Part shown: positions 44,847 through 57,452 of the stretch, piece after piece
How positions within the stretch are numbered: the stretch's first letter is position 1
How the letters are laid out: the number at the start of each line of letters is the position of its first letter
Assembly: GCA_000165345.1 (NCBI GenBank)
Contig: CM000429.1
Coordinates: 192,001 to 256,000, forward strand
Direction: 5' to 3'
Length of the DNA stretch: 64,000 nucleotides
Notes under the pieces: model-generated
The model's database searches: none
What the model saw: the letters and a program-made list of their open reading frames with translations, nothing else
What the model was told of the DNA's origin: nothing
Made by a program: the position numbers and the translations under genes

Positions 44847-45709
44847 TTCATTGACAAGTACAATGTAAAGCAATATTACAGATTGTTGGGTTTGAAAGCC
44901 GTTTAATAGTTTCTGGCCCTAAAGTAAAAACACATATTTTACGCGGTTAGCTATCATAATCTCATTATACCCTCATCAAAATTACTTCATTTCTCTCTTC
45001 AACAATCTGTGATTTCAATGTTATTGCTTGTAAGTAATAAAGTAATTTATGTGTAATATTCCCGCCAAAACGGTTTAATTAGTTAATTGCATGCATATAT
45101 GCAGAGCACAAAATTCTTTGAAAATATATACATATATGTATTAATATAGCGGCAGAGTATATATTTACAACTGGCAATTATTCAATATTTTCGTGATTAG
45201 ACACTAATATTGATAAGAAGTATTTAACTTGACAAATCGTGTCGGTATTGCGGCGATTCAGGGGGTCCTTCCTCGCTTTTCATTACAATCTATGTATAAT
45301 CCTTTCTCTTTCTATATAGTTGCTCTTTACACCAATTCCTTTCTTTTGCACTAATAGGCTAATACTATCTAGTAATAGGAGAGATACAAAGGATGGATAG
45401 GGAAATAATGAAATAAGAAGAATAATTAACAACCATATTTGGAGATATTTCAAACATACAGTAACTGCTTTCATTGATAATTGCTTAACCTAATTTCTAG
45501 ACCTTGGATACAAATAAGAATATTACCTACATTTTTTTTAAAAGTAAGGCGGCAGTGTGTGGGGAGTTGCCGCCCAAATTTTACTAGTTGGTAATATAAA
45601 TAAATTATATTACCAGAATATAGTAAAAGTATATGTAAATGTAGAATTAGTTGCGCGCCAACCCCCATAAGCTACATCCTAAATGGTGGGGCCAAGCTGG
45701 TAGAAGAAA

Positions 45710-46609
45710 ATGGAAGCTTCAATAAGGAATCGTCTTAGAAAGCAGGATTTGGTTTTACCAGACGAAGAAGTTCCAAATAGTCAGGACAGTAATATAAATA
45801 GCATAGATTACTCAGAGGTCAAAGAGTTGGTTTTAGACGGAGTAAAACTTAGAGAGCTAACACAGCAAGATAGTGAATTTCTTGGTAGATTTTCAGAGTT
45901 GCAATATTTAAGTTTGAACGCAACAGGTCTTCAAAGATTAGATAACTTTCCTTTACTAGAGAACTTGAAAGTTTTAGAGATTCAGGACAACCATATTTCT
46001 GGTGGGCTTGATATTTTACAGAATTATAAGAATCTTCGTTGTTTATTATTAGGAGGGAATAAGATTAAAGATTTTTCAGAACTAATAGTATTGAAGGAGC
46101 TTCCTAAGTTAGAGACACTTTCATTATTACTTAATCCAATAGCTGAGAAGAATTCAGAATCTTATAGATCAATCGTTTTTGAGACCTTACCAAACTTACA
46201 GATTTTAGACGAAATGAATAAAGAAGGAAAGGAAGTCGAAGATTACGGTTATGATGATGAGGAGGTTGAAATAATAGATGATGATACTGAGGGAGGTGAT
46301 GAGGAAGAAACTAGTGTTCATGCTGACAGTCATGGGTTGCCTGATGACGATGACGATGATGACTTTGACGATGACGATGACGAGGATGCAGGCCAAGTGG
46401 ATCTCAAGCAGTTCTATGAAAATGATCTCGAAGATGATGATGATGAGGATGAATTTGAGCCAGGAGATGTAGATATCGATGAAGCTGAAGATTTTGAGGA
46501 GGAGGAAGAGGAGGATGACGAGGAAGATGAGGAAGATGAGATTCAGGCCAGTAGCTCCAAGAAGCAAAGAATTGAACAGGATGACGATGATGACGATGAG
46601 GATGAGTAA
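45710..46609 (+). CDS. ANP32/LANP-like acidic leucine-rich nuclear phosphoprotein: N-terminal LRR + LRR-cap, and a long D/E-rich tail.
   Basis: The LRRs are LDNFPLLENLKVLEIQDNHISGGLDILQNYKNLRCLLLGGNKIKDFSEL...LETLSLLLNPIA. The C-terminal ~120 aa are almost pure D/E (DDDDDDFDDDDDEDA...EEEEEDDEEDEEDE). Confidence 0.75.
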   Translation: MEASIRNRLRKQDLVLPDEEVPNSQDSNINSIDYSEVKELVLDGVKLRELTQQDSEFLGRFSELQYLSLNATGLQRLDNFPLLENLKVLEIQDNHISGGLDILQNYKNLRCLLLGGNKIKDFSELIVLKELPKLETLSLLLNPIAEKNSESYRSIVFETLPNLQILDEMNKEGKEVEDYGYDDEEVEIIDDDTEGGDEEETSVHADSHGLPDDDDDDDFDDDDDEDAGQVDLKQFYENDLEDDDDEDEFEPGDVDIDEAEDFEEEEEEDDEEDEEDEIQASSSKKQRIEQDDDDDDEDE

Positions 46610-46861
46610 CCGCCATCTCAGTAGTTTGAATTGAAATAGTTGAGAAATTAAGAAACTATAAGTACTATTTTGAAGTTTCTATTATATTCATAAAGTTAGT
46701 CAAATTTGAAAACGAATTATTTTTTCTTTTGTTTTTCTAAATCTCACAAAATCTATAGTTTAGTAAAGGAAATAATCCTTATTGATTATTTGGTTTTTTG
46801 ACTTTAATGTAATTGTCAGCGTAGAAAACTTATGCAAGTATTCATTCAAAGACTTCCTGAG

Positions 46862-47401
46862 TTACCAGAAGAAAATTAATGGTTTCAGTGAAATAGCCTC
46901 GAGTTTTGTTCTCTCTTTGTCAATCCACATCCAACAAAGAGTTCCCAAAACTAATTTGAGAATAAAGTTTATACTAGATCCCCAAATAATATATTGGTGT
47001 AGTTTGTATTCCCAATTCATCTGAAAGTCTTCAACAAAACAGACATCAGGGTTTTGGTTATTTGGACACAGCCATGCAGATACTGCAAAAGAGAGCCAAA
47101 TTGCCTCAATGGCTGTTGCAAGTATGATTAACATTAGAAATCTTCTTATACCTGTGATCTTCCTAATTAATCCATTTACATCCAGAGGAGGCATTTCCAC
47201 ACAAAATACTCCATATCCCAATAAATATAACGTAAAGTTATAGTCTGTTCTTCCAATACATAGAAAGAGCGAAATTACAAGCTGGGAATATATAACTAAT
47301 TCAATGATATACTCCAAATTTGAGGGACAGGACTCTTTTGATGTTGGGGAGTCTGAACCCAAATCTATATAGCTCATTGAAATGCTTCTGTCATTATCCA
47401 T
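46862..47401 (-). CDS. Hypothetical small multi-pass membrane protein (179 aa, about 4 predicted TM helices).
   Basis: An ATG ORF with four hydrophobic spans (e.g. IIELVIYSQLVISLFLCIG, FLMLIILATAIEAIWLSFAVSAWL). No family recognised. Confidence 0.5.
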   Translation of the reverse strand: MDNDRSISMSYIDLGSDSPTSKESCPSNLEYIIELVIYSQLVISLFLCIGRTDYNFTLYLLGYGVFCVEMPPLDVNGLIRKITGIRRFLMLIILATAIEAIWLSFAVSAWLCPNNQNPDVCFVEDFQMNWEYKLHQYIIWGSSINFILKLVLGTLCWMWIDKERTKLEAISLKPLIFFW

Positions 47402-47594
47402 TTCTTTACCTCTTTTCCTTCATTAATTCCGTATGCATTTAAATATGCCAGATTTATTAATTTCGTGAGTTTTTAAAACTTGGTTTGTTCTTTGCCGCTG
47501 TGTGGAAAATCCAGCTATTCTTACCCCCACTACAATTAAATTGTCTGGCTCAAAAATTGTGTTAGCAATAAAAACATATCAATTTTGTTTGATT

Positions 47595-47673
<79 letters not shown>

Positions 47674-47853
47674 TCTTAATAAAGTTTAACTTTTAACTTC
47701 CCTATTTCAGATTTTACCTGCTCATGCACTGTATTTACTTTTTATTGAAAAAAAAACACATCCTTTTCTCCCAAATCAAAATTCAAACATTTAATTAACC
47801 CAAAAAGTATTATCATTTTTGTCTATTTGCATGCAATTTTATTATTGTTTATT

Positions 47854-47899
47854 TTGACACGTAATGCAAATAATAAAATAAATTTGTATTACGTGTCAA
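47854..47899. repeat. Imperfect 18-bp inverted repeat (TTGACACGTAATGCAAAT / ATTTGTATTACGTGTCAA) with a 10-nt spacer. A third TTACGTG copy and GCATGCA boxes lie nearby.
   Basis: The arms differ at one position (G/A). Downstream is aattacgtggcaaaattgacag, and GCATGCA occurs at ~47828, 47920 and 47953. It sits in the divergent spacer between the 46862(-) and 48448(+) genes. Confidence 0.6.
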
Positions 47900-48447
47900 T
47901 CATAATATTGCATGCAATCTAATTACGTGGCAAAATTGACAGTGGAATTGCATGCAGACGGCAGTTTAACACAACCGTTCGATTTAAATCTAATTAAATG
48001 AAAAAATTATTATAATTATTTTTTTCGCAAAAATAAACAGCAATTTCGAGTATTAAAGATAAAAGCTAGGTTCTAAAGTTATTAATTGATTATTGGAAGT
48101 AGTTAAGCAAGTGTTTTTACTCAAGTTTGAAAACAACATAGTTAATAAAGCTTCAGAATTTACTCAGAAAGTAAAATGGCAAAAAAAAGATATAAATTAT
48201 AATGGGTATAAAGTTAGTGTGCGCTTTGAAAAAAAAATGTGATTTTACATTTAAAAAGTTCACCCGAGGTAGTTTTTTTTTTCTCCAAATTGCTATGGGT
48301 GCAAAATTTTTAAGATTTTAGCTAAATAATTACACACTTCAAAAGAAAGCTAATTTTAAGCCAAACAAAGTTTATTACAATATATCACAAGGAAAATAAG
48401 TATTAATAGGGAAAAAAGTTCGTTATATGTAGATTTTGCCAGAAAAA

Positions 48448-49893
48448 ATGGCATCTATCAAAATATTTAAAAGTTTACCATTCAACTTCTTGCTACTGTT
48501 TACATTACTGGTTTTTAGTATTGGAGTGGTATCGGTAAAATCCAATGATAACTCTGAAAAGCTTCCAGTTTTTGCATTAGTAGACATTTTTCATGTACCA
48601 CCAGAGTCCAGACAAAAATGTTCAACTATTTTAGGATGGCTTGCAACCAAATACCCAAACAATTATGTCCTAATGAGTGTTAGAAACATTATTTATCAAC
48701 TTGCACTTCCTCATAGTATGCTACAGGAAAATGCGGAAAAGGAGTTAATTGCAGCAATGGATAGTCTTCAAGGAACAATGTCGAATGTTTCTGGACTTGA
48801 ACCGGGTACTTATATAAGTATATTAACTTGTTCTGTGGATAATAAAGGAAGAACAATCCTTCAAAAAATGGTTGAGCATGGTCTAGTACAGGCTCTTTCT
48901 CACACTTTATCTCAAAAATTCTGGGTTGGAGCAAAACTGAACAAGTTATTAGATACAGAAGGAAATAATTTAGCACACTTGGCAGCAATGTCAGAAAATG
49001 ATGAACTGGTACATTATGTTCTTGGAATTATGTTTAAGTCAAATATTGTTGCTGAAATGTTGGAATCTCTTAATTCAAATGGTCAAAAGCCTATTGATAT
49101 TGCAATATTTCACAGAGACCAGCAAACTGTTGATACTATGAAGAATTTCTTCCGAGTAACTACTTTAGCAGAGAGGGAAGGATTTGTAGATGGTGTTGAG
49201 GTTATCGAGGATTCTGTAGCTTTAGCTGAGAAGGAAGCTGAGAATAAAAGGTTTAAAGAGTTTATTGAGAAAGAGGAAGATGCAGCAAGTAAAATCACTA
49301 ACGCTGAAATTACTAGGGATATTGAATATGCAAAACAAGATAATTATAAAGAAAGTATTAATGATGATATTTCAGACTCTCAAAGTCAGTCATTTGAGTC
49401 ATCTGCTGCTGAAGATTCGATGAATTCTAGCCAATTAACTCAAAGTCTTGAGGACGAGTTTAGTATTAAGCCTAGACTCAAAGATCAAGATATTCTACAA
49501 AACGAAAATAATCAGCAAGAACAAACATTCTCTGATGAAAACATTTATGATGAACAAATGGAAGATAGTATTATTAATGGAAATCAAAGATTTTCAGCGA
49601 TTAATAAGATAGAAAATACAGAGAAGGGAGATGAGCCTAGAGAAACTGAATTAAATTTCTCATCTCTAAGAGGAGCCGTTGAAAACAATATGGATCAAGA
49701 AACTCAACATCATCATTATCAAGATGACCAAGAAGAGATTAAACAAGTTAATAAAGAACCTCAAAGTAAATGGAATGCAACAGCTAAGGCTATTGTTGGT
49801 GCTTCTATTCTTGTAGGTACCTCTATACTTGCTGCAACCGTTGTGTTTATTGTCTGTAAAGGATATGGAAATAAGGAAGAAAATAGTTTTTAA
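48448..49893 (+). CDS. Predicted type I membrane or secreted protein with a signal peptide, ankyrin-like repeats, an acidic S/E/D-rich region and a C-terminal TM. The ORF-track start at 48436 is a TTG; the ATG at 48448 gives MASIKIF...
   Basis: The signal peptide is MASIKIFKSLPFNFLLLFTLLVFSIGVVSVKS. An ANK-like block spans GRTILQKMVEHG...GNNLAHLAAMSEND...GQKPIDIAIFH. The C-terminal TM is AIVGASILVGTSILAATVVFIV. Confidence 0.6.
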   Translation: MASIKIFKSLPFNFLLLFTLLVFSIGVVSVKSNDNSEKLPVFALVDIFHVPPESRQKCSTILGWLATKYPNNYVLMSVRNIIYQLALPHSMLQENAEKELIAAMDSLQGTMSNVSGLEPGTYISILTCSVDNKGRTILQKMVEHGLVQALSHTLSQKFWVGAKLNKLLDTEGNNLAHLAAMSENDELVHYVLGIMFKSNIVAEMLESLNSNGQKPIDIAIFHRDQQTVDTMKNFFRVTTLAEREGFVDGVEVIEDSVALAEKEAENKRFKEFIEKEEDAASKITNAEITRDIEYAKQDNYKESINDDISDSQSQSFESSAAEDSMNSSQLTQSLEDEFSIKPRLKDQDILQNENNQQEQTFSDENIYDEQMEDSIINGNQRFSAINKIENTEKGDEPRETELNFSSLRGAVENNMDQETQHHHYQDDQEEIKQVNKEPQSKWNATAKAIVGASILVGTSILAATVVFIVCKGYGNKEENSF

Positions 49894-49925
49894 TTCACAT
49901 AGCTTGTTTTAATCCCAAATCTACC

Positions 49926-49946
49926 TGCATGCATGCATGCATGCGG
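49926..49946. repeat. Tandem (GCAT)5 / overlapping GCATGC x4, in the convergent spacer between the 48448(+) and 50137(-) genes.
   Basis: cctgcatgcatgcatgcatgcggtac. Confidence 0.8.
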
Positions 49947-50136
49947 TACAAAGTAGTAATAATACTAGTTATTTAAGTTTACATTTAAAATTTTTGTAAA
50001 AAGTACAATAAGAAATAGTTTTGGTTTTTATTAACAAAACATTAAGCTAATATTAACATAAAAGAGTACTATTGGAAATGGTGGTAATAAGCAGAACTTC
50101 CATCTTTTCTCCAATTGAACAATTAGCACAAAGATC

Positions 50137-51594
50137 TCACACTGGAGGGTTAAGCAAACTTCTCCTCCAAGAGACAAAAATATCGGGATAAATGTTGTAG
50201 GTTCGCGCCCAAGCAACATTCTTATTGCTCTCGTAATCTCTTTTTCCTTCCTCATATTCTGTTTCTACTTCGTATTCCGTGGTTATTTCTTCTTCACTTT
50301 CTAAGGTACTTGAGACAGAAGTGTCAATATTAGCACAAATAGTTGTAGTATTGCATGAAGGAGCAGTAGTTGAGGCACTTGTATAGCTAATAGCATAAGA
50401 GTAATAATTTGGGTCTATATTAGCTTGGGAGTGAACTTCAAGCTTGCTTGTAATGCTGCTTCCACTGTTGCTATTGGAGCTGTTACCACTGTTATTGTAA
50501 TCTTTGATTGGCTTAAAAGGCTTAAACCCATCGTTTTTATTAGAGCCAGTTAAGTTCAAATTCTCAAGTTCTAGAGTTTTATTACAAGAATCCAAGCAAA
50601 ATTGTTCCACCCTTTCAGGCTTGAAGAACTTGTCATAAGAATCTAAGCCGTTTATAAGCTCTAAATAATGCCCAAAAAGAAACTGAGTTACTTTTGGTTT
50701 GACGGAAAAATCTATTTTATTTCCATATATGATGTACGAAGGAACTCCTTTAGGGAAAAAAGATTGAATTACTTGAAAAGCTTCCCCTTGTCTCTCCTCA
50801 GCATCACAGAGAGACATAAGTGGGAATTGTTTGGCCTCAAGAGATAAAACAATGTAAGGTTTCATCTTTGTCCAATCTAAAGAAATATGACAAAATGGAC
50901 ACTCAGCCCTACATTTATCCCAAATATCATTTTTTGCTGCCCAATATTCTACATGTAAAGCCTTTCTTAGACAATGGTAGCAACTTACGTGTTTGCATAC
51001 CTTAAATCTGGCCTTTGTACTTCTTGGTTTAAACTGATTACAAGAAAAGCAGAAAAAATGTCTTGGCCTCTTATTACCACTATTACAATTATTATTATTA
51101 TTATTGTTATTAATAGCACTAATATTTCCATTAATACTTTTAGTAAATCCATTTCCAGCTAACTCACACTCTTCTTCTATGTTACTAACAATATTTCCGT
51201 CATAGTGATTCTCTCCAAAGTAAGTGAATTTATTGGAAGTATTAATTGGATTCTGCTCAAATTCAGATTTTTTGTTTTGAATCATACCATAATTGTTATT
51301 GATCCATTCTGGTATTAGTGAATAAACTGTAGCAGTAATATTACCACCAATATTATTGATATGAAGCTCATCAACCTCAAATCTATCTGCAACAGAATCT
51401 TGAGCATTATTGGTATTTATATCGCTTTTTGCAGCTTTATAATTAAATGAATGAACTGAATTATATTGTTTCAAATTATTATTTGTGGTAAAGCTTTGCG
51501 AAAATTGTGTACCCTTTGAGTTATTTAATGCCGAAGATAATCCATTTCTTGGGTACGAAGGATATTTCGGTTTTTTTGGAATATAATAATTCAT
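50137..51594 (-). CDS. N/S-rich protein with a C3HC4 RING-type zinc finger; paralog of the 53793 gene.
   Basis: The RING is CFSCNQFKPRSTKARFKVCKHVSCYHCLRKAL...CRAECPFCHISLDW. It is preceded by a poly-Asn run and followed by low-complexity S/N-rich sequence. Confidence 0.75.
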   Translation of the reverse strand: MNYYIPKKPKYPSYPRNGLSSALNNSKGTQFSQSFTTNNNLKQYNSVHSFNYKAAKSDINTNNAQDSVADRFEVDELHINNIGGNITATVYSLIPEWINNNYGMIQNKKSEFEQNPINTSNKFTYFGENHYDGNIVSNIEEECELAGNGFTKSINGNISAINNNNNNNNCNSGNKRPRHFFCFSCNQFKPRSTKARFKVCKHVSCYHCLRKALHVEYWAAKNDIWDKCRAECPFCHISLDWTKMKPYIVLSLEAKQFPLMSLCDAEERQGEAFQVIQSFFPKGVPSYIIYGNKIDFSVKPKVTQFLFGHYLELINGLDSYDKFFKPERVEQFCLDSCNKTLELENLNLTGSNKNDGFKPFKPIKDYNNSGNSSNSNSGSSITSKLEVHSQANIDPNYYSYAISYTSASTTAPSCNTTTICANIDTSVSSTLESEEEITTEYEVETEYEEGKRDYESNKNVAWARTYNIYPDIFVSWRRSLLNPPV

Positions 51595-53792
51595 TTGACC
51601 TTCTATTTGACCTGAATTCTATAATATATAAATATATATTTACATTTATACCAATGTTAATTTTCATGCAAATAACACATATATAAATGAAATCTTTCCT
51701 TATTTACCTGCTTTAGCTTTATTTTCTGAGTTAAATATTCTTTCTCTTCAAATTACTAGTTTCATTAAAAAATTATTAACCTGCGAAACTTCAATTCAAT
51801 ATATACCTTTCAAAATGATGATTAAAAATCTAATACAATTTCTTCATAACATTAAAAATTTTGTATTAAATCATTTCCAGATAGATTACATTTATTTATT
51901 GATTTTCTTCCAACTTATTAAATCCAATAATAAAAACCTTTGATAGCTAGGAAATATTTATATCCTTCAAGTAATACCTAGTTGATCAATTTAAATTCCT
52001 GGCCTTATTCCAATAAAATCAGCCTTAATAGTCTCTGAAAAATTTAGAGGTTTTTAAGAGTTAACTAGCATTCAGTTATTATTGATAATATTCTTTTTAT
52101 TGTTAAATTAATAGGAAAGCCTTTTTTGTAATGGTTAAAAGATCTACCACACAGATATCCTATACACCGCCAAGTTTCATGTTTTTTTAATCTTGTCTTA
52201 TCTTTAGATAGATAACTGATTTTATTTACTTCATGCTTTCAGATTTGGCGCCCAAATCTTTATTATTTGTAATTATCCTCGGGATTTCCCCACATTAAGT
52301 ATCTTAATGATCTTGGCAGATGTTTTACCAGCTTAAATTAATTTCTTAAAAGTATAAATATTAAAGTAGCTTTAAACTTCATTTCATACGAGAAGCAAAA
52401 TATGACCAGCTGAATGCTCAATCTTAATAATATTTTTCTTTCTGAATAACTTACTTAGAGTATTTATTTTTTTTATATTTCTTTTTAAAAAAAACATGGA
52501 GGAAGGTTTTGTTTCTGATTTATCAATTGAAATACTATGTTGAAAATAATTTTATAATAATTAGAAAAAAATTTATAATTTATCCACATGAAAACGTTGA
52601 AATTTTTTCATCGCATGTAAAATTTTGTCCTCACTTGCAATGCCGGTATAGAATATTGCGTGCACACAAATTTTTAAATAAAATGAATAATAGACACGTG
52701 TACTAATAATAAATATCAATAAATTTATTGTAAATGTTAATTTTTATTAATAAAGTTTAGAATTCTTATTTATTTTTTTTTTAATAATATTTTATTGATG
52801 TAATGTGAATAATTGAAAACTATTATTTTTTTTCCGATAAAAAAATCCTGGTTTATTATAGAGAATATTATGATATATAATTTTCAATTATAAAATATAA
52901 AAAAGGATTGAATCAAATTTTTATTAATATTGTATTATTGCTCATTTTAGACGTGTTATTTCGATGAAATAAAATGGGGGATAGGCGTGGCAAGGCTCAA
53001 GAAAATGACTAGATAATAAGCATTAAATCTAATTTTATTAGAAATACTTTGTTTTTAAATACAACTTTAAATTAAATTCTTACCAAAACTCAAAAATTAT
53101 AGAACATTATTACTTCAATCTCAATTATTGTCATAAAATTAAAAAAAAAAAAAAAGAAAAAATAATAAATTGTCAGATTGCATGCAACTTCATTTTAATG
53201 TGGATAAATGCACACGCACTGCATGCATTTTGCAGATAATATTTTCGATAGCTAAGAATTAGATGAAATAAAAACAATTAAATAGATTTAAGAAATTAAA
53301 ATTTGATTAAAAAAATTAAAATTAACCATGGATAAAATATTTTTTTTAATTAATTTAACAAGTAATATACTTTTTTCAGAGGCTGTATAAGGTATATTTT
53401 TTGCATTAATTATGTACTTGTCTTCATACACACACGCTTTGTCTTCAGTTATTGACTGAAGATGCCCTTAATTGAGCATACTGCATTATCTGGTTATGAT
53501 GTTCGTTATACAGTAATTAGAGGTCGAAACAATAATTGTGAAAATAGAGGAATATACAAGATATCTAAAAGTAAAGATCGGAATTAAAGCATTGCAAAAG
53601 TATTAGATCAACGGTGAATGTGAATGGAGCTTTGAAAAATAAAAAGGAAGTAATTCAGCTCAATTTAAGTGATAAAAACGCGTCCTGTTGGGGTTAGTCA
53701 AAGTGATAACAATAGTAAAATATTTTGAAACATTCTAATAAAGAAAAAAAGGTTGAATACATTTTTTTAAATCTAAAAAATATTATAATAGA

Positions 53793-56294
<2,502 letters not shown>

Positions 56295-56812
56295 TAAATG
56301 ATATAAAAGATAATATAATTACTTTATTATTACAAAAGATTCAAAGGTAATGAAAATAATGTCATTAAATAAAGCATATTTATAGGATTAGTAATAGTTG
56401 TACTATGGTAAAGTAATCATATTATAATTTATTATTTTATGAGTAAATAAAGCATATGATGATTTTGGTAAGTGAGTGTGTATAATATCATAGAAGAATA
56501 TTTTGAAGAAAATCAGTTTTATTGTAAAAGATATAAATGAATATTGTCATTATTATTAATATAATAAAAACAAATAATTATATTATTACCAAATAACCAT
56601 ACAAATGAACTTATTTCTTTCCTATTTAACATTAATTTATTTATTTATTCAAAAACAAAAGGAAAAGAAAAAATAAATAATAAACAAATTTATTTAATAA
56701 ATTCCCTTATAATATACCTTTTCTCTATTTGGCAAGAAAAAAAGTGAGTTGAAATAATTATATTTTAATAATTTAAAGTTTGAAAGCAATCCCATATTCA
56801 AATATACGTGGT

Positions 56813-56900
56813 GCCGGTATATAAAAATTGACTAGGATGACATTTTTATTTGGCGCATGTTAGTGCATGCACTTACACATGCACTGTTTTGGCGGGAAAT
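56813..56900. promoter_or_regulatory. Promoter-like cluster: TGCCGGTATATAAAAATT (a CCGGTAT element plus a TATA-like box), GCATGCAC x2 and an E2F-like TTTTGGCGGGAAAT. It lies in the convergent spacer between the RING gene 3' end and the ABCE1 3' end.
   Basis: ggtgccggtatataaaaattgactaggatgacatttttatttggcgcatgttagtgcatgcacttacacatgcactgttttggcgggaaatctgggacgg. Confidence 0.45.
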
Positions 56901-57452
56901 CTGGGACGGTAAGTGATTTGTTTATAGAAAATAAAATTATTAGAGTTATAGTCAAGAGGAAGTGATAGTGAATAAGTAGATGTAAATTTAAGAGAGAGAG
57001 AGAGAGAACGAGTGGATTCAGAGTAAATGAAGGTAAATTTTTCAAGAATTGATCAGAAAAAAAAAGAAACAAGTAAGAGTAAATCAATGGAAAATGAGGG
57101 GTGGTATGAAAGAACTAAGGTAGTGATAGAGAAGAGGTATGTTTAAGGAATTTATACAATAAATAGGCGAATAGGGAAAATGTTCGTGTATTCAAGGCGG
57201 CAAAGCCACACTTGTTTAGAATTGATTCTCTTAGACTTTTTGAGTTTATGTGAATAATTTTACTTCTGTATGACCTAAAATGATTATATTATTGTTTAAC
57301 AATATATAAAAAAAGTTTGTAAAAAAAAAGAATGACGTATTAAAATTATATAATTATTATAAAGGAAGCGAAAGAATCAAGTTAAGAATGTTTCTTGGCT
57401 TGTTTGTATTAAGGATTTGTGAGGTTTTTTCTTTTTTTTTTTCTCTTGATAT

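Noticed and set aside
46205-46616. ORFs 46205..46567(-), 46278..46472(+), 46404..46616(-) over the ANP32 acidic tail
   Set aside because: These are alternative-frame or antisense readings of the GAT/GAC/GAA acidic repeat. They give poly-I/L, poly-M or poly-H/P nonsense proteins.
49926-49946. Possible CRISPR-like or other prokaryotic repeat array
   Set aside because: It is a 21-nt simple tandem of GCAT with no spacers. The context is eukaryotic. No CRISPR architecture exists anywhere in the window.
51595-53792. Search for snRNA/tRNA/other ncRNA in the 2.2-kb spacer between the RING paralogs
   Set aside because: I found no tRNA cloverleaf and no conserved snRNA core motifs (U1 5' end, U2 branch-site region, U5 loop, U6 ACAGAGA) by eye. 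A small stem, CTTCAGT...ACTGAAG, at ~53444-53464 is too short to call. I cannot exclude an ncRNA without covariance-model searches.
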